Position numbers and translations under genes: made by a program. From positions 18,786,001-18,850,000 of the forward strand of contig OX597830.1 of assembly GCA_951406725.2 (NCBI GenBank): a stretch of DNA of 64,000 bases, given 5' to 3'. Of the stretch, positions 49,167 through 62,019 are shown piece after piece (within the stretch, counting starts at the first letter, position 1; each line of letters starts with the position of its first letter). The stretch is from Octopus vulgaris. Its lineage: Eukaryota. Below the pieces are notes generated by a model. The model saw only the letters and a list, made by a program, of their open reading frames with translations. It did not search any database and had not been told where the DNA came from.

Positions 49167-49561
49167 GGATCTTTTCGGTTTGAACGGCAGTTTTTTCTAG
49201 CGGTGTCATATGAAATTGTCACCCATAATTATGACCCTAGTATCGATCTATTGCATTTCAATCTGTTTTAGGATTAGGGTTAGGGGTGGGGGGAAGGGTA
49301 TCTTTTTTTCTTCAGAAATATAAATAAACCCAATCTGTTTCTTAAACGAGGGACATATTCATACGGCACAGAATGTTTTTTTTACTTCAATAGACGTCAG
49401 TAATTGGTTGAAATTGCAGAAATTGAAGAAAAAAAACAACAAATATCTTACAAACTATAGAATTTTCTCAATTAAGGCAAGAGAACCAGTATACGAAGTT
49501 TAAAAGTGTGTTGTAACGTGGAAATTAGTTTTAAAAACTGCCGTTCAAACCGAAAAGATCC
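49167..49561. mobile_element. Merlin-type MITE (same family as 23680-24107, opposite orientation)
   Basis: TIRs GGATCTTTTCGGTTTGAACGGCAGTTTT; perfect 8-bp TSD ATTTTCTT; internal TTAGGG repeats at ~49268-49285. Confidence 0.85.
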
Positions 49562-49777
49562 ATTTTCTTTTTATCCGTATCTTTTACCTGTTTCAGCATT
49601 TGGACTGCGGCCACGCGGAGGCACCACCTGGAACAGTTTTAGCCGAATAGATTGAGCCCAGTACTTGTTTGTAAGTCTAGTACTTACTCTATCGGTCTTT
49701 TTTACCAATTGGCTCAGTGACGGGGATGTAAACAAACAAATACCAGTTCTCAAGCGGCTGGCGGGGACAAACACAAA

Positions 49778-50013
49778 TCCTTTCTACTATAGATACAAGG
49801 CCTGAAATTTTAGGACAGAGGGATAGCAATTTCAGGGAAAGAGAAAGTCGATTACATCGACACCATTTCTCAACTGGTACTTATTTTATCGATCCCAAAA
49901 GGATGAAAGGCAAAGCTGACCTAAGCGGAATCTGAACTCTGAACACAAGGACAGACGAAATGCCACTAACATTAGTATGCTAAGCACGCTAATGATTCTG
50001 CCAGCTCGTCGCC
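49778..50013 (-). mobile_element. SINE-B with alternative tail
   Basis: Head at 50013; tail AAAATTTCAGGCCTTGTATCTATAGTAGAAAGGA. Confidence 0.75.
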
Positions 50014-50031
50014 TTAATAATAATAATAATG

Positions 50032-50089
<58 letters not shown>

Positions 50090-50502
50090 TGATAATAATA
50101 ATCCTTTCTTATTTTACCAGCAACTAAGAGGTGAGGAAATCAATTACATTGATTCTAGTGTTCAACTGGTATTTATTCTTATTGCCTCTAAAAGGATGAA
50201 AGACACAGTCAACCTTCGTGGAATTTGAACTCAGAACATAAAAATGAATTAAATGCTGCTAAGCAATTTGTCCAGCGTGCTAACAATTCTGTCATCTCAC
50301 TGTGTGAACAACAACAATAACAACAATAACAATAACAGTAACAGATAAAGAGGAGAGATAAGATGAATGATAAACCATGAAATTTAAAGAAATATTTGCA
50401 AGACTCAAAACATTCTGATTTGGTGCTTAAGTAGTCTCTGGAAGCTCTTATAGCATGTAATGTAGTGGCTTGCATTGTTCCATTATTACGTGGTCTGTGA
50501 AA

Positions 50503-50765
50503 GCACATGGTGTAGTGGTTAGGCTGTTGTATTTATGATCGCTAGTTCGTGGGTTCAATTCCTAGACCAGACAGAGTGTTGTTTTCTTGAGCAAAACACT
50601 TCATTTCATGTTGCTCCAAACCCCTTTTGATCAAAGGGGAGTGTTGGCCTGCTTGCCTAACCAGCAGGGTGGTGTCATTTGATGGCTAAAACAGTGAAAA
50701 ACGCATTGTGACCAACAATGTATAACAGCGTCTGATAGTCTGGTCGGTCACATAATCACATGATT
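50503..50765 (+). mobile_element. tRNA-derived SINE (SINE-C-related head, third tail type)
   Basis: TGGTGTAGTGGTTAGG...GGTTCAATTCC; tail matches 39290-39410. Confidence 0.7.
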
Positions 50766-50909
50766 ATAAAATCTACTGAAGACCAAGCCTTAGGGAAGCA
50801 CCAATGCACAGTTAGTCACTATCAAGCTGAGTGCCAGTTGCAAGTGATGGCACCGCATTGAGCCAAGCTTCACTGTAAGGATCAGAGGCTGAGGGGAAAC
50901 ATACCAAAC

Positions 50910-51480
50910 TGTGTTGGTCAAGTCAGTGCAACTGTCCTGCCATCATAGTGCTGGCTGCCTTCCACACCATGTCACTCTTAACAAGATCATAAAGCAGGGC
51001 CTAGACATCACACGCTTCCCTTCCCAGCTCAAGCCAGTGGGGCTAAACCAAGGGGATGGTAAAAGGCCAGACAGTATGACAGTTTTCCTGTTCCATGGCA
51101 GTAGGTCCCTCTCCTGGGATGCCACATGCTGTGACACTTTCTCCAGTGACAACTGGGTGTTGTCAACCACCAGCCCTGAATCTGCTGCTCATTAGGCTGA
51201 GAAAAATAAACTGTCAAGATATCGGTTGCTCTCCAATAGGTTCATGGTTGAGCCTGTGGTAGTTGAGACCTCCGGCATTCTTAGCCTCTGGACCATATCC
51301 CGAGACCTCCAGCATTCTTGGCCCCGGGACCATATTCCTCCTCAACAGCTATCAGGGCAGAGATTGCTGTCCATAAGTGTGAGCTCTGTATGTCAGAGTG
51401 GCTGTTCCAGAGCATCTCCCTCGCTCTCCTCTGGGGCAATGCCTTTTCCATTTTGTCTGCTGATGCTATGAGAAATGTTG
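50910..51480 (+). pseudogene. CRE-clade non-LTR retrotransposon C-terminal restriction-like endonuclease fragment
   Basis: HHVTLNKIIKQGL...PVGLNQGDGKRPDSMT...LSWDATCCDT...AEKNK...PVVVETSG...WLFQSISLALLWGNA. Confidence 0.8.
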
Positions 51481-51790
51481 AAGTATAATTGAAGAAAGTG
51501 GTCTTTACATTTTTTCTTTTATACAAGTTTAATTACCTTCTAGAAGGAAGTTCTAGTGAGAACTGAGGATCCTTTGCATTCATACAAACATACATATATA
51601 CATACATGCACACAGACATGAACACAAAAACATGTATGTATGTATGTAAGTATGTATATGTATATTTGTGTGTTTGTGTGTATGTATATGTGTATATGTA
51701 TTTGTGTGTATGTATGTGTATATATATACATTTGTGTGTGTGTATGTATGTAGATGTATGTATATGTGTGTATATGTATATATGTATATA

Positions 51791-51822
<32 letters not shown>

Positions 51823-51968
51823 AAGCAATAAAGATTCAAGTTAATTTAAATGAATTTACTTGAATATGGTACCTAACTTAGATGCACCAAAAAAAAACTA
51901 TACTGATTTAACAATACAGTAATGTGGGGTGATTATAAGCGAGAATGAAGCAACAAGAATGGATAGGT

Positions 51969-52059
51969 TTTTAGTACAATCGTTTCATACAAGGACAGGT
52001 TTTATTAAAAGTTGCAAAAATTACAGCATATAAACGTGTCCCGTACTCATCAGCTAAAA
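51969..52059 (-). ncRNA. Type I hammerhead ribozyme, extended stem-loop II (mirror copy)
   Basis: Reverse complement of 52457-52546 with a 1-nt indel. Confidence 0.8.
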
Positions 52060-52456
52060 TACATGTGAGTTCTCTAGACATCCTAGTGGTTGAGGCTATA
52101 CTCATGAAGTAATGTAGATAATTAAGTAACATAAACAGATTTCAAAAGTTCATTAAAGTTCTTTAAAGATGATGTACAGTCTTATCACAGAATTTTAAAA
52201 AAAGTCTTAATAGCATCACAGAGAAGGTGACCCAATCCATAGTGCACATATGAATTTCCAGAGATATGTGCACTATGGATTAGGTCACCTTCTCTGTGAT
52301 GCTATTAAGACTTTTTTTAAAATTCTGTGATAAGACTGTACATCATCTTTAAAGAACTTTAATGAACTTTTGAAATCTGTTTATGTTACTTAATTATCTA
52401 CATTACTTCATGAGTATAGCCTCAACCTACTAGGATGTCTAGAGAACTCACATGTA

Positions 52457-52546
52457 TTTTAGCTGATGAGTACGGGACACGTTTATATGCTGTAATTTTG
52501 CAACTTTTAATAAAACCTGTCCTTGTATGAAACGATTGTACTAAAA
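52457..52546 (+). ncRNA. Type I hammerhead ribozyme, extended stem-loop II
   Basis: TTTTAG-CTGATGA-GTACGGGACA...TGTCCTTGTAT-GAAA-CGATT-GTA-CTAAAA; intact core, 6-bp stem I, ~10-bp stem II, GUA cleavage triplet at 52538-52540. Confidence 0.85.
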
Positions 52547-52573
52547 ACTATCCATTCTTGTTGCTTCATTCTC

Positions 52574-52620
<47 letters not shown>

Positions 52621-52691
52621 TATATATATATGCATATATACATGCATATATATGCATATATATATACATATATATACATATATGTATATAT

Positions 52692-55060
52692 CATCATCAT
52701 CACCACCATCATTATCATCATCATCATCGTTTAACGTCCGCTTTCCATGCTGGCATGGGTTGGACAGTCTGACTGAGGCCTGGTGAGCCAGATGGCTGCA
52801 CCAGGCTTCAATCTGATCAGGCAGAGTTTCTACAGCTGGATGCCCTTCCTAATGCCAACCACTCCGAGAGTGTAGTGGGTGCTTTTACGTTCCACAGGCA
52901 CAAGAGCCAGTCAGGCGGTACTGGCAACAGCCATGCTCAAATAGTGGTTTTTATGTGCCACTTGGACAGGAGCCAGTCCAGCGGCACTGGCAATGACTTC
53001 ACTCGAATGTTGTTTTTCATGTGCCACTGGCCCAAGTGCCAGTAAGGCGATGCTGGTAACAGTCACACTCGAATGGTGCTTTTGACATGCCACTGGCATG
53101 CGAGTCAGTCAGGAGGCCTTGCAACGATCATGCTCAGATGGTGCTCTTAGTGCTCCACTAGCACGGATGCCAGTCATGCGGTGCTGTCATCGAATTTGAT
53201 TTTGATTTCATTTGCCTCAACAGGTCTTTGCAAGCAGAGTTTAGTGTCCAATGAAAGAAAGGTATGTACAAATGGGCTGGTTACACCACTGGCATAAGCC
53301 ACGGGTTATGGTCTCACTTGGCTTGCCAGGTCTTCTCAAGCACACATATTTCCAAAGGTCTTGGTCACTGATCATTGCCTCGGTGAGGCCTAATGTTTGA
53401 AAGTCATGCTTCACCACCTCATCCCAGGTCTTCCTGGGTCTACCTCTTCCACAGGTTCCCTCAACCGCTAGGGTGTGACACTTTTTAACACAGCTATCCT
53501 CATCCATTCTCACCACATGACCATACCAGCACAGTCATCTCTCTTGCACATCACATCTGATGCTTCTTAGGTCCAACTTTTCTCTCAAGGCACTTACACT
53601 CTGTCAAGTATGCACACTGACATTACACATCCAGTGGAGCATACTGGCTTCATTCCTTGCAAGCTTACGCATGTCCTCAGCAGTCACGGCCCATGTTTCA
53701 CTGCCATGTAGCATGGCTATTCGTACACATGCATCATACAGTCTACCTTTTACTCTGAGTGAGATGCCCTTTGTCACCAGCAGAGATAGGAGCTCTCTGA
53801 ACTTTGCCCAGGCTATTCTTATTCTAGCAGCTACACTTTCAGAGCACCCACCCCCACTACGGCCTTGGTCACCTAGGTAACGGAAGCTATCAACTACTTC
53901 TAGTTTTTCTCCCTGGAATGTAGCGGAAGTTGTTCTCTGCACATTTTCAGTGTTTATTGCTCCTGAGCATTTGCCACATAGAAAAACTATCTTCCCAGTT
54001 AGCCTTCCTTTGATATTGCTGCACCTCTTATGTGTCCATAGCTTACACTGGGTACATCTTATAGAGTTTCTACCTAGGCCTTTTCTACAGATCGAGCAGG
54101 GCCATCTACCTGAAGGGATTTGTGGTTTGTCTGCCTTCCTACTTATTAGGACTTTGGTTTTAGCTAGGTTGACTCTAAGGCCCTTCGATTCTAATCCTTG
54201 CTTCCAAACCTGAAACTTCACCTCTAGTTCTGATAATGACTCAGCAATTAGAACAAGGTCATCAGCATGGAGGAGCTCTCAGGGGCATCCTGTCTTGAAT
54301 TCCTCTGTTATTGCCAAGAGGACTATGATAAATAGGAGGGGGCTGAGGACTGAACCTTAGTAGACCCCTACCACTATACAGAATTCTTCACTATACTCGT
54401 TGCCAACCCTCACCTTACTGACAGCGTCCCTGTACATGGCTCACACAGCTCTCACTAACCAATCTTCTATCTCTAGTTTCCTTACTGACCACCAGATAAG
54501 GGATCAGGAGATCCATGTCAACGAAAGCCAGGTACAGAGGTTTATCTTTGGCTAGGTATGTCTCCTGCGGCTGTTTTACTAGAAATATAGCATCAGTGGT
54601 GCTTTTCCCTGGCACGAACCCAAACTGCATCTCATCTAAACTGACTTTCTCCCTAAATAGTTGGGCTATGACCCTCTCCGTGACCTTCATTACCTGATCC
54701 AACTTGATACCTCAGTAATTATTTGTATCTAAAGTATCACCTTTACCTTTGTAGCAGTTGACTATTATGCTGCTACACCAGTCATTGGGTATGACTCTTT
54801 TATGTATCACCAGGTTAACTATATAGGTGACTAGGCTGTAGCTGACACCGCCAGATATTTTAAGCATCTCTGCGGTGATTCCTGATGGGCCAGGGACTTT
54901 CCCTGTCTTCATACTCTTAATTGCTTAATCTACCAAGGATAGCTGGTCCCTCTGCTGGGTCGACATTTGACAGACTCTCTCTCTCCCATTCATTCTCTTT
55001 ATGGAGCAACCTTTCATAGTGGCGTCTCCAAACCTCTCTCTTTGCAGCCTCATTCAGCGT
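52692..55060 (-). mobile_element. RTE-clade LINE, 5'-truncated
   Basis: RT motifs QFGFVPGKSTTDAIF, GSVLSPLLF, LLHADDLVL, LRVNLAKTK, FRYLG, GRGRPRKTW; 3' end CCATGCCAGCATGGAAAGCGGACGTTAAAC(GAT)n. Confidence 0.92.
53300..55060 (-). pseudogene. RTE reverse transcriptase with an inserted PHD finger, disrupted
   Basis: ORF pieces 54712-54912, 54415-54702, 53604-54221, 53241-53516; C4HC3 motif at 53967-54098. Confidence 0.88.
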
Positions 55061-55328
55061 CAATAACCATATAAGTCTTGGAAGCAGACCGTGTTGGTAG
55101 AGCCATGGCCTGTATTTTTCTGGAAGCCTTGATCTTTCAATCCCCTTCAACCATTCCTCTGCTTGCTTCACAGTACTGGAGTGACTTGTCAATCATCTTT
55201 CTAAGGCATTTAATTGGATTTTCCTCTATTGATGAAATGACCCCTCCTTGCACTTGCAGCTTGATTTTGTTGGTTACTTTTCCCCTTCTGATCTCCATGC
55301 ACCTAGATTTTTGGGGCTTAAACATCTT
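55061..55328 (-). pseudogene. HERO-like (RLE-type non-LTR) RT C-terminal fragment
   Basis: MFKPQKSRCMEIRRGKV...SIEENPIKCL; EWLKGIERSRLPEKYRPWLYQHGLLPRLIWLL. Confidence 0.7.
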
Positions 55329-55984
55329 ATATATCTTTGCTGGTTACAATTATTGCTATTGTTACAATTGTTGTTGCTGTTGTTACTTATTTTCTGTTCT
55401 GTCAAGGGGTTTGTGGCTTGTCATTTTATTGTTGTGATTATTGTTCATTCATGTGTGACAGTATTCAGCATGAGTTGAGTTTGGATCTGTTTCTCACAAA
55501 TACTTATCTATAATTATCTTCACCCATCACACACTTAGATATGTACATACACTCTCTCTTTTTCTCCATCTTTCACTCTCTCATGTACACAAGTGACAGG
55601 AATGCTGGAACTAATATATTGCTGTGCAAAGTGATTATTTTGAAGGAGGTAGTGTTAAAATTTTGTTAAATAAGTTGTTTTTTTTTATTAAACATAAGTA
55701 ATCTGGGAACCGTTTGACACCATCTCACAGATGTCTTTAAAACAAAATTGGATCTCCTACCGTCAAGAGGCCCAGATGAACCAACTTCATGGCAGGAAGT
55801 GCAATTGAAGGGAGCAGCATTAAGCTCCCTCATTCTCCAAATACCAACAATTAAAGATGGGTTAATGAAAATGTAGTAACACTAATTGATGGTGCCCTAG
55901 CATGGGCATAGCACTTAAGCTAGAGTAAATGGTAAGAGTAAAGAGTAAGGGTGTAAATATATATATATGTTGTGTCTATAATTG

Positions 55985-56170
<186 letters not shown>

Positions 56171-56180
56171 TTTTTTTAAA

Positions 56181-56503
56181 AATTATTTATTTTATTTATG
56201 CGCCCTTTTCAAGCCTAGCCAGGCTCATGGGCCCGGTTTCCCGCTTTCTGTGGCGTGTGTGTTCCCCACAGCTGGACGGGATGCCAGTCCATCGCAGTGT
56301 TACTCAAGAAACAGGAAGAAAGAGTGAGAGAAAGTTGGAGTGAAAGAGTACAACAGGGGTCGCCACCACCCCCTGCCGGAGCCTCGTGGAGCTTTTAGGT
56401 GTTTTCGCTCAATAAACACACACAACGCCCGGTCTGGGAATCAAAACCGCGATCCTCCGACAGCGAGTCCGCTGCCCTAACCACTGGGCCATTGTGCCTC
56501 CAC
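56181..56503 (-). mobile_element. SINE-C, full length
   Basis: Head as at 46515; tail CTGCGATGGACTGGCATCCCGTCCAG...GAAACCGGGCCCATGAGCC. Confidence 0.85.
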
Positions 56504-56519
56504 ATACACATTTGTCTGC

Positions 56520-56878
56520 TTTTATCTTTTACTTGTATAAGTCATTAGACTGTGGCCATGCTGGAACACCACCTTGAGTTTTTAGACAAATGAATCAACT
56601 TTTTTTTAAAGCCTAGTACTTATTCTATCGGTCTTTTGTCAAACCGCTAAGTTACAAGGACATAAACAAACAATCCCCAGTTGTCAAGTGTTGGTGGGGG
56701 ACAAACACACTCATACACATATACTCGTATATGATGGGCTCCTTTCAATTTTTGTCTACCAAATTCACTCCCAAGGCTTTGGTCAGTCCAAGGCTATAGT
56801 AGAATACACTTGCCCAAGGTGCCACATAGTGGGACTGAACCCAGAACCATGTGGTTGGTAAGCAAGCTTCTTACCACC
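56520..56878 (-). mobile_element. SINE-A
   Basis: Family consensus. Confidence 0.8.
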
Positions 56879-57588
56879 AGTCACGATAAACATGTCCATA
56901 TACGTAAGTCTATGAAATTGACTATTGGTTGGTGTGTGTCAACTTTAAATGGATTTTTACTTCCTTACATGAAAGTCAATGTCATGGTTTTAAATAGTTA
57001 CCAAACAAGTCTATTTCTTTTTATTTTTGTAGTTATTTTTTCATTTTTACCACTACTACAATAACATTTAATTCTAAGAAAGCTGTGACTATAACCTGGT
57101 TTATTTTCTAATTGGTGCTAATTTAGCTCATTTACTTTGATAAAATTCTTCAGAAAAACACAAATGCTACGTTATATTGTTTCCCTATCTAAACTCATAA
57201 TAGTGTATTGTAACTACTCAGAATTTATACTTATTAGTTGTAGGTGTGTTTCACATGACTGCACCTACAAATATTTGTGTAAGGAAAGGGTCATGTGAAA
57301 AAAATACAAGTCTCTAACGTGTTGTGGAATAGTTAAAATAGTGAAAATATATACAATGGAGTGAGCATTAAAAATCCAAACAGACTAGGCTTTACGCAGT
57401 GGATGGCATCTCAAAGCAACTAAGTTGCTGTGTGTGAGGTAAAAAGCTTGCTGCTTAACCACATGGTTCTGATTTCAATTCCATTATGTGCCACCTTGGG
57501 CAAGTGTCTTCTAGCATAGTCTCAGGCTGACAAAAGCCTTGTAAGTGGATTTGAAAGAAGCTTGTTATATATATATATATATATATAT

Positions 57589-57784
57589 ACAGCACGGACT
57601 TTGTCAGTGAACAGGTCGCGGATTTTAGCGACGAAAATATTTTGACAAATTAAACTTAAATGTTGAAGTGAATCGAACGGCTTTTGTGTGTTTCTTAAAT
57701 GGCTTATAAACACCTTCCACGCTGCAATTGTTTTTGTTTCAGCACACGATCTCAGATCAAATTACTTGCTATGCGAGTACATCT

Positions 57785-57788
<4 letters not shown>
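57589..57788 (+). repeat. (TA)n-embedded 200-bp element ending CTCCC(TA)n
   Basis: Sharply bounded by TA tracts; same CTCCCTATA end as at 59615. Confidence 0.45.
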
Positions 57789-57822
<34 letters not shown>

Positions 57823-58009
57823 TGGGCATCCAGCTGTGAAAACCATGCCAAAACAGACCTTGCTGGTGCTAGTGCCATGTAAAAGCACCCAATCCACTGT
57901 GTAAAGTGGTTGGTGTTAGGAAGGGCATCCATGGACCACTGCAACAGAAATAATGAAGCTGTGGCCAGCAGGAAGCGACACAGTAGGCATTCTGACTGTG
58001 TTTGTATGC

Positions 58010-58553
58010 CAGAATTCATCCTTACATCTTTGAATAGAGCCTTAGGTTCAATTCAGATGGCTAAGTGAAGCTGCTGGAGTGTGTTGTCAATTCTTGGCTA
58101 GAATGGATCGCTGTTGGAAATCCATATGTGGTAGCAAGGTTCGGCTCCTTGCCATACTTCCAGAAAGAATCAGAAGTGGTTGTTGGGGAATTTCTACTTT
58201 ACCAGTCGCAAATTTCTGGCTTCCTTATTTTCTCAATTATAATTCAATGGATTACTATGCATGGGGCACAGTTGAGAAAGGCACCAACCACACCGCCTGC
58301 AAACACCAAGGTTGACCTGGTGGCCAAGATCAAGGACGCGTTTGAAGATCTTCCCAGAGACACTGTGAGGAATGCATGCACCAGGCTGCTGTGGTGGAAG
58401 CTGAGGGTGGCTACTTTGAGTAAACCATTATCTTCCAGCCATAATCTAATTGATTTATATTTTTTGGTTTTTTAAAATACTTTTATTTTTGGATGGGATA
58501 TTGTGTTTTCTCTTCCTTTTATGCAAACAGTCAGATTTAGCCCAAAGTTCCTG
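58010..58553 (+). mobile_element. Second maT (DD37D-like) transposase remnant
   Basis: LRFNSDG*VKLLECVVNSWLEWIAVGNPYV, SAPCHTSRKNQKWL, NFWLPY...NSMDYYAWGTVEK, DTVRNAC. Confidence 0.75.
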
Positions 58554-59031
58554 TATTTGTACGCATAAATAAAAGTTGTAAAATGTCTAATTCAGACTTC
58601 CATTAGTCTAATTTCTTAGACAAAAAAAAATAATAAAAAGGAAAAACTTCTCATTTTTTTTTACAATGGTGGCATAGAAAGAAGTGAAAGGGTAGTGACC
58701 ACACCCTTTTTCTGAACCTACAAGGGGAAAGCAATTCTGTTTAGAACAGAGACTTGGCCAGAATATTTTGCAGTTTAGTGGAATCTCCTAAAGGCACCCA
58801 AGGGCCAGGTAGTGATGCTAAAGTTGAAAATAGATTGCATCAAGTATTAATACACAAATTGTTCAGTCCATCAAATGGACTTAGAAACAATTTCCATCCA
58901 TCACATTTTATTCATCATCCTTTGACCAACCAGAGTCTTCGTAGAAAATATGTACATATTACACTGCACCTAGAACTAGTGTTGAGTTAGATCTTCAGTT
59001 TAAATTGGATTTGGTACTAATATATCTACAG

Positions 59032-59379
59032 CAGTGTTTCCCAACCTATTTTCCTCAAGGCCCCACTATAACTTTCCAGAAAAATGAATGCCCCACTGGT
59101 GGTTGGTAAAAAACAACTTCATTTTTAATATTTCACAATTATATACTTTCCTTAAAAAAATATCCACTCTAGGGCATAAGAATAGTGCTATACTGTAGCA
59201 AACAGTCTATATACAGTATATTTGCTAGAGAGATTGATTTGGCTAGGCTTAGTATAAGTGTAGTATGTTTGCTGCGGAAAAAAGACTTTCACAATTCCAT
59301 GTCCCTCTAAAAAAAATTTAAAAAATTTGTATTCCATGCCCCACCACAATTTTCCCAACCCCTATGTTGGGAATAACTG
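59032..59379. mobile_element. hAT MITE
   Basis: CAGTGTTTCCCAAC ... GTTGGGAATAACTG; perfect 8-bp TSD ATCTACAG. Confidence 0.88.
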
Positions 59380-59612
59380 ATCTACAGTATCCTACCAATG
59401 CCTGATATCTTCATAGTTGATTTTCCTCACTGTTATTGTACCTAGCCATTTCTGGCATCCTACATGTTGAAGTGCCTAGATTCTATTGAATTCTATAATC
59501 TATGCACACACACACATTATATATATTTTTTCACTTCCCGAGCGTTAAACTAATACATCTGTTTGTTGTCTACACCACCTGTCTTCGTCTTTTGTTTTCT
59601 TTTGTGAATTCT

Positions 59613-59650
<38 letters not shown>

Positions 59651-59971
59651 AAACTGCTATCTTTAGTGGACAGGTATCCACCACTGAAGGTGGGCAAAAA
59701 TAGTCCAAAACTGGCTGATCTGATGGTCCTGTTAAGTTGCTGGAATATGGGTAGGGGTTTACTCCCCTGCTTGCAATATGTATTGGGTGCAGATTGCATA
59801 GATAACCAGCAAGAGGAGGCATCCTTTTGGGGTTAAAAAATGGTAATAACATTGGTTTGTACAGAACAGCCATGTTGAAGTGATGACAAAATATATTTCT
59901 CAGTATAGCTTCTACTTTCATTTCTTAGAGAGATTTTCTAACTAGCTACTTAGATTGTTATATATATATAT

Positions 59972-60116
<145 letters not shown>

Positions 60117-60138
60117 ATATATATATGTATATATAATA

Positions 60139-60555
60139 GGTGTAGGAGTGGCCGTGTGGTAAGTAGCTTGCTTAGCAACCACATGGTTTCGGGTTCAGTC
60201 CCACTGTGTAGCACCTTACGCAATTGTCTTCTACTATAGCCTTGGGCTGACCAAGGCCTTGTGGGATTTGGTAGACGGAAACTGAAAGAAGCCCGTCGTA
60301 TATATGTATATATACATATATATATATATGTATTTGTGTGTATACGTTTGTGTCAGTTTGTCCCCCCAACATCGCTTGACAACCGATGCTGGTATGTTTA
60401 TGTCCCCCGTAATTTAGCGGTTCGGCAAAAGGGACCGATACAATATGTACTAGGTTTACAAAGAATAAGTCCTGGGGTCGATTTGCTCGACTAAAGGCAG
60501 TGCTCCAGCATGGCCACAGTCAAATGACTGGAACAAGTAAAAGAGTAAACGAGTA
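60139..60555 (+). mobile_element. SINE-A, full length
   Basis: Family consensus. Confidence 0.9.
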
Positions 60556-60575
60556 TATATATATATATATATATA

Positions 60576-60716
60576 TTTCTTTATTGCCCACAAGGGGCTA
60601 AACACAGAGGGGATAAACAAGGACAGACTAAGAGATTAAGTCGATTACATCGACCCCAGTGCGTAACTGGTACCTTATTTATCGACCCCGAAAGGATGAA
60701 AGGCAAAGTCGACCTC
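60576..60716 (-). mobile_element. SINE-B 3' part
   Basis: Central domain and Tx1-type tail. Confidence 0.85.
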
Positions 60717-60731
60717 GATATATACACACAC

Positions 60732-60886
<155 letters not shown>

Positions 60887-61882
60887 CACTTGCACCATGA
60901 GCTGGAATCTGAATTTATAGAAATATAAATGAACCCCAGTATTTGGCTGGTATTTCATGTAATTCCACTGGAAGGATGAAAGGTGAAGTTCACATGAACT
61001 GAGTCTAAATAGGCCATAAATAAATAATGCAATGCATTTGTAACACTGTGTCAATCTGTGAAACATGCAAGTTGATTTTTATCCAAAGGGAATAGCTAAC
61101 GTAATTGATTTGAAATTCTACACAGCCTGGAGTCGAAACTGTACCGTAGGCGTGACTCATGGGGAGATTGTCTTTTCTTAATTGTACTTTGAAATGATCG
61201 TTTCTAGAATGTAAACAATTTCGTTTTACCGAACGCGGTATTTCGTAAGAGGAGAGAGAGAGAGTGAGAGAGAGAGAAAGAGAGAGGGGGAGGGAGAGAG
61301 AGAGAGATGGTGAGTTCTTAAGTGATAAAGGGTAAGTGAAAACAGCGAGGGAGTGAGAGGAGAGAAAGAGTGAATGAGTGAGAAGAGAGAGAGAAAAAAG
61401 AGAGAGAGCGCGGGAGAAATGGTAAGAGCTTTTAAGTGACAAAGGATAAGCGGAAACAGTAAGGGAGTGAGAGGAGAGAAAGAGTGAATGAGCAAGAAGA
61501 GAGGGGGGAGAGAGAGAGAGAAAGAGGGAGAGAGGGGGAGAGGAACAGAGAGAGACTAAAACAACAAGGCAACTGTGATTTAGTGATATAATTATCGGGT
61601 TAATTGAAGGGAAGTCTGTAGCTGGAAAACATAGCAGCAACCAAATCAACAACTTAAAGAATATTCTGTAGCCTCGTTTCGTTAAGGCTTTTGTTGCGTC
61701 ATATCCGTTGTCAGCGACTATGACGCAATTTTCGTTTCTAGAATTCGAGCTTTCTAGTTTCTTTTTGGACAAAAGCGAAATGTCATCGATTTGCTTTCAG
61801 TTCTGAATACTTTCGTCATTTATATATATATATTCGTCATTATCGAATATTTTCTTAATTAGTTCCCTATTATATAATTTTA

Positions 61883-61964
61883 CAGTGTCTTCTGCTATAG
61901 CCCCGGGCCGACCAATGCCTTGTGAGTGGATTTGGTAGACGGAAACTGAAAGAAGCTTGTCGTA

Positions 61965-62019
<55 letters not shown>

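Larger units (their letters stand above)
51822..52574 (-). mobile_element. PLE-like foldback: ~311-bp inverted arms, each with a hammerhead, plus a 118-nt tail, in (TA)n
   Basis: 51940-52251 vs 52264-52574 are inverted (12-nt loop); tail 51822-51939; TA tracts on both sides. Confidence 0.75.

Noticed and set aside
52905-53195. CRISPR-like array (regular ~66-bp period)
   Set aside because: Whole units are mutually similar with no unique spacers; eukaryotic LINE 3' UTR; no cas genes
61005-61772. 255-aa ORF, the longest in the window
   Set aside because: Its middle is a GA-rich low-complexity tract and no domain is recognisable; only the flanks are kept as a low-confidence finding
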